This document shows positions 20,039-29,900 of a stretch of 64,000 nt of DNA, piece after piece. Made by a program: the position numbers and the translations under genes. The stretch comes from an uncultured Gemmatimonadales bacterium (GTDB lineage Bacteria; Gemmatimonadota; Gemmatimonadetes; Longimicrobiales; RSA9): contig CAVUKA010000007.1 of NCBI GenBank assembly GCA_963741945.1, positions 61,585-125,584 of the forward strand, given 5' to 3'. Position 1 is the stretch's first letter. Every line of letters starts with the position of its first letter. The notes under the pieces are model-generated. The model ran no database searches, was not told the origin of the DNA, and worked only from the letters and a program-made list of their open reading frames with translations.

Positions 20039-20173
20039 GGATACGTTGGCGGAATCTGGACCGCTCGGTGCGGGCGGCGCAACCTCCGGAACGGAGAGGC
20101 GGGAAGTTGTCTGTAAGGATTTTCTCTCCAGCGGCATCTACTGGATGAACCCGGAGCCGGGCGTGGATCGAGC

Positions 20174-20725
20174 ATGGACGGCGAGACCGTGAGCTCGCCG
20201 GAGCCGCAGGAAGCGGTGCTGGTCGGCCGGGCGCGCGCGGGCGAGCACGCGGCGCTGACGGCGCTGTACCACCGGTACGGTCCACAGGTCTACAGTGTCG
20301 CGCTCCGGATCACCGCATCGGCGGACGACGCCAAGGACGTGGTACAGGACGTGTTCGTGGGCTTGCCGGAAGCGCTTCGGAGCTACAACGGGACGGGCTC
20401 GCTGGGGGCCTGGCTGCGGCGCGTGGGCGCCCGCACCGCACTGGCGTACCAGCGAAGCGAGCGGCGCAGGGGGCGCTGGCATCGGGAAGCGGCGGAGGGG
20501 AGGGTCGAGGCGTCGCCCCCGCCTTCGCCGGAAGCGAAGCTGACGCTGGAGCGCGTACTGGCAGAGATGCCGGACGACCTGCGCACCGTCTTCGTCCTGA
20601 AGGAAATGGAAGGCTACTCGCACCAGGATGTGGCGGGGCTGCTGGGGATCTCGGAAAGCGCGTCGCAGGTTCGCCTGCACCGCGCGCGTCGCTTCCTGAA
20701 AGAGCGGCTCGGGGGGAAGCTATGA
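20174..20725 (+). CDS. ECF RNA polymerase sigma factor
   Basis: DAKDVVQDVF, WLRRV, VFVLKEMEGYSHQDVAGLLGIS...VRLHRAR. Confidence 0.93.
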   Translation: MDGETVSSPEPQEAVLVGRARAGEHAALTALYHRYGPQVYSVALRITASADDAKDVVQDVFVGLPEALRSYNGTGSLGAWLRRVGARTALAYQRSERRRGRWHREAAEGRVEASPPPSPEAKLTLERVLAEMPDDLRTVFVLKEMEGYSHQDVAGLLGISESASQVRLHRARRFLKERLGGKL

Positions 20726-21060
20726 GGATGTTCCTGCGGCACCCGTCCTTCGCGCGGCTGAGCCGGTTCGCGGATGGCGAGCTGAGCGGGCGGCGGCGGG
20801 AGCGCACCGCGCGGCACCTGGCGGAGTGCGCCCGGTGCCGGGAGGAGGTGGCCTTCATCCGCCGCGCCGGAGAGGTGGCCCGCTCGATACCGGCCCGGCC
20901 GCCGTCGGACGACCTGCTCGAGGACATCCTGGAGCGGCGCGCCGCCGGCGAGCGGGTGCTCCTTCCGACGTCCAATCCCGACCCTCCCGTGCGGCGGCGG
21001 CGCCGTTTCCCACTGGCGTTCACGCGCTCGCACCGGAAGACGGACGACGGAGAGCAGTAG
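20722..21060 (+). CDS. zf-HC2 (ZAS) anti-sigma domain protein, short
   Basis: ATGA overlap with the sigma gene; H...HLAECARC motif; no TM segment. Confidence 0.75.
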   Translation: MRMFLRHPSFARLSRFADGELSGRRRERTARHLAECARCREEVAFIRRAGEVARSIPARPPSDDLLEDILERRAAGERVLLPTSNPDPPVRRRRRFPLAFTRSHRKTDDGEQ

Positions 21061-21108
21061 CTCCGGCCCGGCAGGGCCGGACCGGAGCGTCCACCGGTGC
21101 GGCGGCTG

Positions 21109-21534
21109 CTAGAGCAGCTTCGCCTTGAGCACGATCTCGGGGCCGGCCAGGGCCCGGGAGACCGGACACCCCTTCTTCGCGGCCTCGGCCCTCTCCTGGA
21201 ACTCGTCGTTCTCGATGCCGGGCGCCTCGACCTCGGTCTCGAGCTGGATGCGGTTGATGTAGAAGCCGTCATCGCCCTTCACGAGGCTGACCCTGGCCGT
21301 AGTGGCCACGCGCTTCGCCTCGTACCCGGCCCGGCCGAGCTCGGCCGAGAGCGCCATGGAAAAGCACCCCGCGTGGGCGGCTGCGATGAGCTCTTCCGGG
21401 TTCGTCCCCTCCCCTTCCTCGAAGCGGGACTGGGCCGAGTACATGCCATCGAACGCTCCGCCGCCGAAGCGCATGTGACCGCTGCCCTCTGCCAGGTTCC
21501 CGTCCCACTCCGCCGTTGCCGTACGAATGGCCAT
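21109..21534 (-). CDS. osmC: OsmC-family peroxiredoxin
   Basis: [20 protein letters not shown] and [21 protein letters not shown]. Confidence 0.95.
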   Translation of the reverse strand: MAIRTATAEWDGNLAEGSGHMRFGGGAFDGMYSAQSRFEEGEGTNPEELIAAAHAGCFSMALSAELGRAGYEAKRVATTARVSLVKGDDGFYINRIQLETEVEAPGIENDEFQERAEAAKKGCPVSRALAGPEIVLKAKLL

Positions 21535-21602
21535 GTCATCTCCTCTGTTGGAAGTCGGTTCCGGCGAGGAGGCGGCCACGCCCCGCGTCGCCCGGAAAAC
21601 AA

Positions 21603-22376
21603 TCAGAAGTTCCTGTCACCCTGGATCAGCCCGCCCAGCAGGTTGCCGCCGAGTCCACCAACGCCCTTTTTCTCATCACGCTGCGTGAAGCGTGCCGCCT
21701 GCATCACGCGGTCCGCCAGCCGGGAAAACGGAAGGCTCTGCAGGAAAACGGGCCCTGGCCCCCGCAACCGGGCGAGAAAGAGGCCTTCGCCGCCGAAGAG
21801 CGCGTTGCGTACCCCGCCGATGAACTGGATGTCGTAGTCGACCGACTCCGACAGCGCCACCAGGCAGCCGGTGTCCACGCGCAGCTCCTCGCCCGGCCCG
21901 AGATCGCGCCGGATCACGGTTCCGCCCGCGTGAACGAACGCCATGCCATCCCCCGTGAGGCGCTGAAGGATGAAGCCTTCCCCGCCGAAGAGCCCCGCGC
22001 CCAGGCGCTTGGTGAACGCCACTTCGATCTCGATCCCCGCCGCGGCGCACAGGAAGCCATCGCGCTGGACCAGCATCTGTCCCCCGAACTCCTTCAGGTC
22101 CAGCGGGATGATCTTCCCCGGATACGGCGCAGCGAAGGCAGCGACGCCCTTGCCGCTGCCCGTGTGGAGGAAGGCCGTGATGAAGAAGCTCTCACCGGCG
22201 AACACGCGCTTGAGTCCCTTGAACATGCCGCCGCCCGTGGACGTCTGGATCTCGATTCCGTCCGTCACGTACAGCATTGCGCCCGCCTCCGCACGCACGG
22301 CCTCGCCCCTGTCGAGCGCCACTTCCACCAGCTGCATGTCGTCGCCAATGATCCGGTAGTCGATCACATCCGCCAT
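21603..22376 (-). CDS. TIGR00266/AIM24-family protein
   Basis: IIGDDMQLVEVAL, AEAGAM, GESFF, FGGEGFILQRL, LFGGEGLF, QSLPFSRLA. Confidence 0.92.
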   Translation of the reverse strand: MADVIDYRIIGDDMQLVEVALDRGEAVRAEAGAMLYVTDGIEIQTSTGGGMFKGLKRVFAGESFFITAFLHTGSGKGVAAFAAPYPGKIIPLDLKEFGGQMLVQRDGFLCAAAGIEIEVAFTKRLGAGLFGGEGFILQRLTGDGMAFVHAGGTVIRRDLGPGEELRVDTGCLVALSESVDYDIQFIGGVRNALFGGEGLFLARLRGPGPVFLQSLPFSRLADRVMQAARFTQRDEKKGVGGLGGNLLGGLIQGDRNF

Positions 22377-22449
22377 TGTCTCCAGCCTCTCGTCAGGGTC
22401 ACGGGTCGGGGTGCTCGCGGCGAGGAGAAAGTGACTGCCTCGGCAGCAG

Positions 22450-23163
22450 TCAGCAACACCAGTCGGTGCGCGCTCGCTCCAGGTCGTCCGGGGTGCCGAT
22501 GTCGCACCACCGCGCACCGGCGGCGTCATAGGGTGCGACGCGCTCGCCGGCGGCCACCAGGCGCATCAGCGGCGTGAAGATGGAAAATTTCCCGGTCTCC
22601 TCCATCAGCGAGGTGAGCCGGGGAGAGACCACGGCGATACCCAGGTAATCCAGGCGATGCTCGGCCCCCTGCGACGGCCGGGCTCGCCGCTCGCCGCCGT
22701 CGTACGCGAACCCGACCAGCCCCTCGTCGTCGAACAGGAGGTAGCGTTCGCTCGTGGCCGGACGGACCGCCAGGGTCATGAGGCTGCCCGGGTCGTGCGC
22801 CCCATACAGCGCTCGAAGATCGAGCTCGGTGAGGATGTCGGCGTTGTGGAGGAGGATCGGCCGGTCGCCGCGGAAGAGCGGAGCCGCCGCCAGCAGGCCG
22901 CCTCCCGTCTCGAGCGGACCGTCGGGCTCCTCCGACACGCGCACGTCCACGCCCCAGCCGCCCCGCTCGTCGATGTATGCCCGGATCCGCTCCGCGTGCG
23001 GGGACACGTTGACGACGATGCGATCGGCACCGGCATCCACCACGCGGCGAGCCACCTTCTCCAGCACGGGCTCGCCGCCGACCTCGACCAGCGCCTTCGG
23101 CACTTCGTAGGTGAGGGGACGCAGCCGCGTCCCGAGGCCCGCCGCCAGAATCATTGCGTCCAT
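22450..23163 (-). CDS. sugar-phosphate nucleotidyltransferase (MurU-like)
   Basis: AMILAAGLGTRLRPLT...PKALVEV, LETGGGL, HNADI, WCDIGTP. Confidence 0.9.
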   Translation of the reverse strand: MDAMILAAGLGTRLRPLTYEVPKALVEVGGEPVLEKVARRVVDAGADRIVVNVSPHAERIRAYIDERGGWGVDVRVSEEPDGPLETGGGLLAAAPLFRGDRPILLHNADILTELDLRALYGAHDPGSLMTLAVRPATSERYLLFDDEGLVGFAYDGGERRARPSQGAEHRLDYLGIAVVSPRLTSLMEETGKFSIFTPLMRLVAAGERVAPYDAAGARWCDIGTPDDLERARTDWCC

Positions 23164-23261
23164 CCGCGCCTCCCCGCCCTGCGTGCTGGCACGCATGCTG
23201 AAACAGCTACCGGGTCGTCGCGCGGAACACACGCTCACACGCAGGACCCGGGAGCAGAACT

Positions 23262-24908
23262 GTGATCGGAATCGCACACGGATACGGCCTCGGTGGCTCC
23301 GGGAGCAACCTCTGGACCCGTGAGGTCGTGGCCGCGCTCTGCGAGGCCGGCGAGACCGTGCACCTCATGTGCCAGGAGCGCTCCCCCGAGGCGTATCCGT
23401 TCGTCGCAGAAGTCTGGAGCTACGACGACGCCGGACCCGGCACGCGCACGCTCGATCGCGCCGTCCCGGGCCCGGGCCGCTGCATCGTGCACCGGCCGGA
23501 ACTGCCAGTCCTGCCCACGTACGTTCGCCCCGACCGCCCGTCCGAGCGCGTCCGCTCCATCCTCGACCTGGACGATGACGCCCTGGACGACTACGTCCGC
23601 CGGAATGCCCGCGCGCTCCGCACCGTGATCACCGCGCACGGCGTCCGGGCCTGGCACGTGAACCACGTCATTCTCCTCTCCGAGGCGTTCCGGCAGGTGA
23701 GGGACTCCCACGGAATCGCCTACGCCGTGATGCCCCACGGGAGCGCGCTCGAGTACGTGGTCCGCCACGATCCGCGCATGAAGGACACGGCGCGGCGCGC
23801 CCTGGACGCCGCGGACCTCGTTTTCGCCCTCGGCCCCGAGATCCGCGACCGGCTCCGCCGCTTCTTCCCCGACCTCGACCTCGAGCCGCGTACCACCACG
23901 CTCACGGTAGGCGTCGACACGGCGGCGTTTCACCCGGTGGCTCGCGCGCAACGGCGTCAGAGCGTGGAAGCGCTCGCGGAGGCGCTGCACGGCGCCCGCC
24001 GCGGGCACACGCCGGAGCACTCCGCCCCGGTTCGTCGCGCCGCGGCGGCGCGGACCCCGGGCGAGCACACCGATGACGGCGACGACCGGGCCGACCCCCT
24101 CCGCCTGGCCCTGGAAACGCCCGTCTCCTACGACACACCCCACCCGGATGCCGGGCTGGAGGAGCGTCTCCGGGAGGTCGACTGGGAGCGCGAAGACGTG
24201 GTGGCCTTCGTCGGCCGCCTCATTCCGGCCAAAGGCGCCCAGGCGCTCGTCGCGGCGCTCCCCCTGATCCTCGAGCAGCGCCCCCAGACGCGCCTTCTCC
24301 TGATCGGCGCCGGCTGGCTCCGCGAGTACCTGGAGGCGTTCGTCCTCACCCTCGCCGCCGGCCAGGGCGAACGGGCGCGCCGGGTCCTCCATTGGGCGGA
24401 AGCACGGGCACAGGAAGGCGCCCGCCCCTCCGGGACCGCCTTCCTCCAGCACCTGGTCGAGACGGGTCGCTACAGGCAGTACGTGGGCGCGGCGCACCGG
24501 TACCTCGACTCCGAGCGCGTCCTTTTCACCGGCTACCTCCAGCACCCGCTCCTGGCCCGCGTGCTCCCCCTGGCCGACATCGCCGTTTTTCCGTCCAGCG
24601 TCGCCGAGGCTTCCCCGCTCGTCGTACCCGAGGCCGCCGCGTGCGGCTGCTTCCCCATGGGAACCGACTTCGCGGGCATGCGGCATTCCCTCGACAGTCT
24701 CGCGCCATACATCCCCCCCGCGCTCCGGCCCCTGCTCCGCCTCGATCCCGACCCCGCCCGCACGGCCGACGACATCGCCCACCACGTCCCCGCAGTCCTC
24801 CACTACCAGGGCGATTCCACCTCAGCCCTCCGGGAAGCTGCCGTGGCCGAGTACGACTGGCATCGAATCGCGAGAACGCTCGCCCAGGCGCTGCACCGGC
24901 TGAACTAG
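23262..24908 (+). CDS. GT4-family glycosyltransferase
   Basis: GSGSNLW, PHGSALE, GVDT..F.P, FVGRLIPAKG, FPSSVAEASPLVVPEAAACG, YDWHRIA. Confidence 0.85.
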   Translation: MIGIAHGYGLGGSGSNLWTREVVAALCEAGETVHLMCQERSPEAYPFVAEVWSYDDAGPGTRTLDRAVPGPGRCIVHRPELPVLPTYVRPDRPSERVRSILDLDDDALDDYVRRNARALRTVITAHGVRAWHVNHVILLSEAFRQVRDSHGIAYAVMPHGSALEYVVRHDPRMKDTARRALDAADLVFALGPEIRDRLRRFFPDLDLEPRTTTLTVGVDTAAFHPVARAQRRQSVEALAEALHGARRGHTPEHSAPVRRAAAARTPGEHTDDGDDRADPLRLALETPVSYDTPHPDAGLEERLREVDWEREDVVAFVGRLIPAKGAQALVAALPLILEQRPQTRLLLIGAGWLREYLEAFVLTLAAGQGERARRVLHWAEARAQEGARPSGTAFLQHLVETGRYRQYVGAAHRYLDSERVLFTGYLQHPLLARVLPLADIAVFPSSVAEASPLVVPEAAACGCFPMGTDFAGMRHSLDSLAPYIPPALRPLLRLDPDPARTADDIAHHVPAVLHYQGDSTSALREAAVAEYDWHRIARTLAQALHRLN

Positions 24909-25058
24909 CCGGCGTCGACGCCTTCCGGCCGCAGTCACAACCCATCGGCCGCCGCCGAAACGCCCCTTCCCGAGTCACGACCCCGCGCCCATACGCGCTT
25001 GTGGGGCGGCCTCCGACAGTTCCGCGGGCAGTGGAATCGGGGAAACTCCTTCTTGCTT

Positions 25059-25076
25059 TTGTGAAACTTTTCACAG
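25059..25076 (+). promoter_or_regulatory. Rex operator (ROP) upstream of the hydrogenase/regulator operon
   Basis: TTGTGAA-ACTT-TTCACAG against consensus TTGTGAA-N4-TTCACAA (one mismatch); immediately after a TTGCTT -35-like hexamer. Confidence 0.8.
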
Positions 25077-25174
25077 ATTGTTGTGGGGAGGGAGAAACCG
25101 GCAGGGGCGGCCGGGCTCCCGGAGCGCCGGGCGGACACGGCAATGGACGTCCCACATGGGCCCTGGAGAGGCAG

Positions 25175-25594
25175 ATGCCAACGGAGAAGACGGTACTGGT
25201 GATCGACGACGACCGGGACTTCGCGGCATCGGTGAAATCGCTGCTGGAGAGCGAAGGGTACGGAGTGGAGCTCGCGGAGTCGGGGAAGGCGGGACTGCGG
25301 AAGCTGCGGGAGTCGCGACCGGACCTGATCGTCCTGGACGTGATGATGGAGAGCATCGTGGAAGGGTACGTGGTGAACCAGGCGATCAAGTTCCAGCCGG
25401 AGTTCGAAGCGTACGCGGACATCCCGATCGTGATGGTGAGCAGCATCGAGGAGAGCCCGGACGAGCGTTTTGGTCGAGCGGGTGAGGTGGAGATGGTGCG
25501 GCCGAGCCGGTACCTGACGAAGCCGCTGGACATCCCGCGCTTCCTCGAGGTGGTGGGGCAGCTGACGGCGGGGAGAACGGCGGCGGGCTCCTAG
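25175..25594 (+). CDS. single-domain response regulator
   Basis: VLVIDDD, PDLIVLDVMME, IVMVSS, YLTKP; GGAGAGG RBS. Confidence 0.9.
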   Translation: MPTEKTVLVIDDDRDFAASVKSLLESEGYGVELAESGKAGLRKLRESRPDLIVLDVMMESIVEGYVVNQAIKFQPEFEAYADIPIVMVSSIEESPDERFGRAGEVEMVRPSRYLTKPLDIPRFLEVVGQLTAGRTAAGS

Positions 25595-25644
25595 TCGGGC
25601 GCGGGCCGAGGCGGGGGAATGCCCAACGATGTCCGGAGCGGGGA

Positions 25645-26835
25645 ATGACCGAAGAGCGTGAAGGAGCCGAGCGGATCGTCGTGATCGACGACGATCACGC
25701 CATGCGGTTGTCGTGCCGCCAGATCCTCGCGAAGTCGGGCTTCGACGTGGAGGTCTACGAGGACGGGGCCCGGGGGCTGGTGGGAGTGGCGGGCCACAAG
25801 CCGGCGCTGGTGGTGGTGGATCTCAAGATGCCCGGCCTCTCCGGGATGGACGTGATCCGACGCGTTCACGAGATCGACCCCGAGATCGTGGTGGTGGTGA
25901 TCACGGGGTACGCCACCATCGGCACGGCGGTGGAAGCGATGAAGTGCGGGGCGTACGACTTCCTTCCGAAGCCGTTCAAGCCGGACGAGCTGCGAATGAT
26001 CGTGGGGCGCGGCCTCGAGCGTCGCCGTCTTCAGCAGCGGTCGCACGAGCTGGAAATGGAGCGGGAGCTCCTGAAGCGGCGCTTCATGAGCTTCATGACG
26101 CATCAGCTGAAGTCCCCGCTGGCGGCGATCCACCAGTACCTGGAAGTGCTCAAGAGGCTCGGGGACACGGCCGACATGGAGGAGAAGCGGGCGGAGTGGA
26201 TCGACCGGTGCCTGAGCCGGACCACGGACCTGCGGCGGCTGATCGACGACTGGCTGACGCTGGCGAAGGCGGAGGGTGGCGGGCTGGTGGGGCGCCGTGA
26301 GCGTGTGGACGTGAAGAAGGTGGTGAGTGGGCTCCTGGCGGCGTACGAGGAGGTGGCGAAGGCGGCCGAAGTGACGCTGTCGTCGGAGATGCCCGATGGC
26401 GAGTACCCGGTTCTGGGGGATCGGAACTGTGTGGTGGTGCTGCTGGAGAACCTGATCACGAACGCCATCGACTACAACCGCGCGGGCGGGAGCGTGACCG
26501 TGGTGGCGACGGAGGAGCCGGGCGAGGTGGTGGTGGAGGTTCGGGACACGGGCGTAGGGATCCCGCGAGAGGCGCAGGGGCTGCTTTTCGAGGAGTTCTT
26601 CCGCGTGCCGAGCCGGGATGACGGGGCCGGAGACGGGGAGGGTGCGGGTGCGGGGCGGAGCCGGAAGAAGCAGGGCACGGGTCTGGGGCTGCCGATCTGC
26701 AAGCGCATCGTGAACGAGCTCGGTGGGGGCATCGAAGTGGAGAGCGAGGTGGAGGTGGGGACGACGTTCCGGGTGCGGCTGCCGGCGCACCGCGCGGCAC
26801 CGGAGCCCGGCGAACTGGAGGTGAGGACGGGATGA
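25645..26835 (+). CDS. cytoplasmic hybrid receiver-histidine kinase
   Basis: Receiver IVVIDDD...VVDLKMP...FLPKPF; H-box THQLKSPL; NLITNAIDY, DTGVGI, GTGLGL. Confidence 0.92.
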   Translation: MTEEREGAERIVVIDDDHAMRLSCRQILAKSGFDVEVYEDGARGLVGVAGHKPALVVVDLKMPGLSGMDVIRRVHEIDPEIVVVVITGYATIGTAVEAMKCGAYDFLPKPFKPDELRMIVGRGLERRRLQQRSHELEMERELLKRRFMSFMTHQLKSPLAAIHQYLEVLKRLGDTADMEEKRAEWIDRCLSRTTDLRRLIDDWLTLAKAEGGGLVGRRERVDVKKVVSGLLAAYEEVAKAAEVTLSSEMPDGEYPVLGDRNCVVVLLENLITNAIDYNRAGGSVTVVATEEPGEVVVEVRDTGVGIPREAQGLLFEEFFRVPSRDDGAGDGEGAGAGRSRKKQGTGLGLPICKRIVNELGGGIEVESEVEVGTTFRVRLPAHRAAPEPGELEVRTG

Positions 26836-27254
26836 CGAAATCCGAACGGACCATCCTGGTGGTGGATGATGACCGGGACTACTCGGAGGCGGTCGCGACG
26901 TTCCTTCGCGCGAACGGCTACCGGGTGGTGCAGGCCTTCGATGGGCGAGAGGGGCTGAAGCTCGCCCGGATGGAGCGGCCGGACCTGATCGTCATGGATG
27001 TGATCATGAACGAGCGGACGGAGGGGTTCTTCACAGTCCAGGAGATGCGCCGCGAGGCGTCGCTGGACGGTGTGCCGATCTTCGTGGCCAGCTCACTGTA
27101 CGCGCAGGTGCCCGATTTCCGGGTCGAGCCGGACCGGGGCTGGCTGGCGCACGACGAATTTTTCGCGAAGCCGGTGGACCTGGACGAGTTCCTGGCCCGA
27201 ATCGAGGCTCGCCTCGGCGACACGGTGCCGGAGATCGGAGGTAGAGAATCGTGA
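26832..27254 (+). CDS. single-domain response regulator
   Basis: ILVVDDD, PDLIVMDVIMNE, FFAKPV; 4-nt overlaps with both neighbours. Confidence 0.9.
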   Translation: MTKSERTILVVDDDRDYSEAVATFLRANGYRVVQAFDGREGLKLARMERPDLIVMDVIMNERTEGFFTVQEMRREASLDGVPIFVASSLYAQVPDFRVEPDRGWLAHDEFFAKPVDLDEFLARIEARLGDTVPEIGGRES

Positions 27255-28279
27255 AGACACTGCGATTGCCGAAGGATCGGCTCGACTTCTTCGCATCGGT
27301 AATGCAGCAGTTCGGTGAGATCCACGCGCCGGTGGAGCAGGACGGCGGCTACGCGTTCCAGCGGCTCCGCCGTTGGTCGGACGCGCGGCTGGACTACGAC
27401 CGGACGGTGCTTCCGCCGAAGAAGTATTTCCTGCCGCCCCGCGAGACGCTGTTCACGTACGATGCGGTGAAGGGCTACCAGGCGACGTCGGAGGACCTGG
27501 ACCGGCGGATCATCCTGTTCGGCGTGCACGCGTGCGACATCTACGGGATCAACATCCTGGACGAGGTGTTCGGGGGGAAGTATCCGGACCCGTACTACCA
27601 GGCGCGGCGCCGGAACGTGGCGGTGATCGGGATCGACTGCACGCCGGATGAGCACTGCTTCTGCCGGTCCATGCGCGCGGACTTCGTGGACCACGGCTTC
27701 GACCTCTTCTTCTACGACATCGGGGACCACTACCTCACGCTCGTCGGGACCGCGCTGGGGGACGACATGGTGCTGGCCACGGGCTCCCTGTTCGAGCCGG
27801 TGACGCCCGAGGACGTGGCGGAGTACAAGCAACGCTCATCGCAGAAAGCGGACGCGTTCCAGCTGGATGTCGACATCCGGGACCTGCCGGAGATCTTCGA
27901 GATGGAGTACGGCGCCGAGATCTGGGAAGAGCTCGGCGAGAAGTGTCTGGCGTGCGGCAGCTGCAGCATGGTCTGCCCCACGTGCTACTGCTACGACGTG
28001 AAGGACACCGTGGGCGTGACCACCAGCAGCGGGTCACGGCTCCGGTGCTGGGACTCGTGCCTGTTCTCCTCCCACGCCGAGGTGGCAGGCGGGGAGAACT
28101 TCCGGGAGCACCGGGCGGACCGCATCAAGTTCCGCTTCTACCACAAGCAGCGGGGATTCGTGGCGGAGTACGGGCGGCCGAGCTGCGTGGGGTGCGGCCG
28201 CTGCATCGTGGCCTGCCCCGTGGGAATCCACATCGCCCACGTTCTGAACGAGCTGAGGGGGGTGCACCATGAGGGCTGA
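27251..28279 (+). CDS. hydB: group 3b hydrogenase (sulfhydrogenase) beta subunit, 4Fe-4S
   Basis: PPKKYFLPPRE, GVHACD, CFC, CLACGSCSMVCPTCYC, WDSC, CVGCGRCIVACP. Confidence 0.9.
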   Translation: MKTLRLPKDRLDFFASVMQQFGEIHAPVEQDGGYAFQRLRRWSDARLDYDRTVLPPKKYFLPPRETLFTYDAVKGYQATSEDLDRRIILFGVHACDIYGINILDEVFGGKYPDPYYQARRRNVAVIGIDCTPDEHCFCRSMRADFVDHGFDLFFYDIGDHYLTLVGTALGDDMVLATGSLFEPVTPEDVAEYKQRSSQKADAFQLDVDIRDLPEIFEMEYGAEIWEELGEKCLACGSCSMVCPTCYCYDVKDTVGVTTSSGSRLRCWDSCLFSSHAEVAGGENFREHRADRIKFRFYHKQRGFVAEYGRPSCVGCGRCIVACPVGIHIAHVLNELRGVHHEG

Positions 28280-29147
28280 GACGCTGACCTCCGGGTGGCG
28301 GCCCGCCCCGGTATGGGAGGCGAACCCGTACCAGCCGGAGAACGCCCGCATTGTCCGCATCTTCAAGATGGTCCCGGACCATTACGTGTTCACGCTTCGC
28401 TTCGAGGACGCCACGGTGGCGGACGGGTTCCAGCACCGGCCGGGCCAGTTCGTGATGCTGAGCGTGCCCGGTGTCGGCGAGGCGCCGATCTCCATCTCCT
28501 CGCCGCCCACTCGCCGCGGCTACCTGGAGCTCTGCGTGCGGCGGACGGGCCGCGTCACGAACGCGCTCTACCGCCTGCGCATGAACGACGTGGTGGGGGT
28601 GCGGGGGCCGTACGGCAACGGCTACCCGGTCGAGCAGATGGCGGGCGGCGACCTGCTGCTGGCCGCGGGCGGGCTCGGGATGGCACCGCTTCGATCACTG
28701 CTGTGGTACGCGCTGGACGAGCGGGACAAGTTCGGCCGCGTGATCCTGATGTACGGCGGCCGCGAGCCGGCGCTCATGCTGTTCCGTGAGGAAGTGGTTT
28801 CGCTCCTGGACCGGGAAGACCTGGAATGCCTGCTCACGGTGGACCGGGATCCAACGGGGAGCTGGCCGGGGCACATCGGAGTGCTGTCGAGCCTGTTCGA
28901 CCACGTGTCGCTGGAGCCGGCGGTCACGCACGCGTGCGTGTGCGGGCCGCCCGTGGTCTACAAGTACGTGCTCGAGCGGCTGCTGGGGCTGGGCTTCTCC
29001 AAGGACCGGATCCTCATGTCGCTGGAGCGGCGGATGAAGTGCGGCGTGGGCAAGTGCGGCCACTGCAGCATCGGCTACAAGACCACGTGCATCCACGGTC
29101 CGATCTTCACGTACTGGGATGCCATGAACCTGCCGGAGATGATCTGA
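28269..29147 (+). CDS. hydG: group 3b hydrogenase gamma subunit (FAD/NAD(P)-binding, 2Fe-2S)
   Basis: PGQFVML, GEAPISIS, RGPYGNG, AGGLGMAPLRS, CGPP, ERRMKCGVGKCGHC...CIHGPIF. Confidence 0.92.
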   Translation: MRAETLTSGWRPAPVWEANPYQPENARIVRIFKMVPDHYVFTLRFEDATVADGFQHRPGQFVMLSVPGVGEAPISISSPPTRRGYLELCVRRTGRVTNALYRLRMNDVVGVRGPYGNGYPVEQMAGGDLLLAAGGLGMAPLRSLLWYALDERDKFGRVILMYGGREPALMLFREEVVSLLDREDLECLLTVDRDPTGSWPGHIGVLSSLFDHVSLEPAVTHACVCGPPVVYKYVLERLLGLGFSKDRILMSLERRMKCGVGKCGHCSIGYKTTCIHGPIFTYWDAMNLPEMI

Positions 29148-29899
29148 TGGGCAAGCCGACGGTGGGTATCTTCGGGCTCACGGGGTGCGCGGGCGACCAG
29201 CTCGCCATCCTCAACTGCGAGGACGAGCTGCTCCAGATCGTGGAGCTGCTGGACGTGCGGGACTTCCTCATGGCGAGCTCCGGCAACGACACCGAGAGCC
29301 ACCTCGACATCGCCCTCGTGGAAGGGGCGGTGCTGAGTGATCGCGACGAGGATACGCTGAAGGCGATCCGGGCGCGGTCCGACCTCCTCGTGGCCCTGGG
29401 CACGTGCGCCATGCACGGCGGCGTGCCGATCATGGATCGGGACCACGACCGCAACGCCTTGATCCGCCGGATCTACGGCAGCGCGGGGGCGAAATACGAC
29501 ACGCACCCGACCCGGCCCCTGCATCAGGTGGTGAAGGTGGACCTGGGGATCCCCGGCTGCCCGATCGAGAAAGAGGAGTTCCTGGCGGCCATCGCGCACC
29601 TGCTGCACGGCGACCCGCCGCTGCCGGCGGGCTACCCGGTGTGCACCGAGTGCAAGATCCGGGAGACCAGCTGCCTCCTGGCACAGCCCGGGGCGTTCTG
29701 CATGGGCCCCGTGACCGCGGCCGGCTGCGGCGCGCGGTGCCCCGCCCTGCGCATCGGGTGCGTCGGGTGCCGGGGCCCGGCGATGGATGCCAATCCGGAG
29801 TCACTGGCGGCGACGTACGTCGAGCGCGGGATGCGGCCGGATGCCGTCGCCAGGAAGATGAGGACCTTCGCGGCGACCACGGTGGGAGAGGGCAACTGA
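29147..29899 (+). CDS. hydD: group 3b [NiFe]-hydrogenase small (delta) subunit
   Basis: TGCAGDQ, VEGAV, LGTCA, IPGCP, VCTEC...CLL...CMGPVTAAGCGARCP...CVGCRG; no Tat signal. Confidence 0.92.
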   Translation: MGKPTVGIFGLTGCAGDQLAILNCEDELLQIVELLDVRDFLMASSGNDTESHLDIALVEGAVLSDRDEDTLKAIRARSDLLVALGTCAMHGGVPIMDRDHDRNALIRRIYGSAGAKYDTHPTRPLHQVVKVDLGIPGCPIEKEEFLAAIAHLLHGDPPLPAGYPVCTECKIRETSCLLAQPGAFCMGPVTAAGCGARCPALRIGCVGCRGPAMDANPESLAATYVERGMRPDAVARKMRTFAATTVGEGN

Positions 29900-29900
29900 C

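Noticed and set aside
27251-29147. Anaerobic sulfite reductase AsrAB
   Set aside because: Homologous, but followed by [NiFe] small and large subunits rather than asrC.
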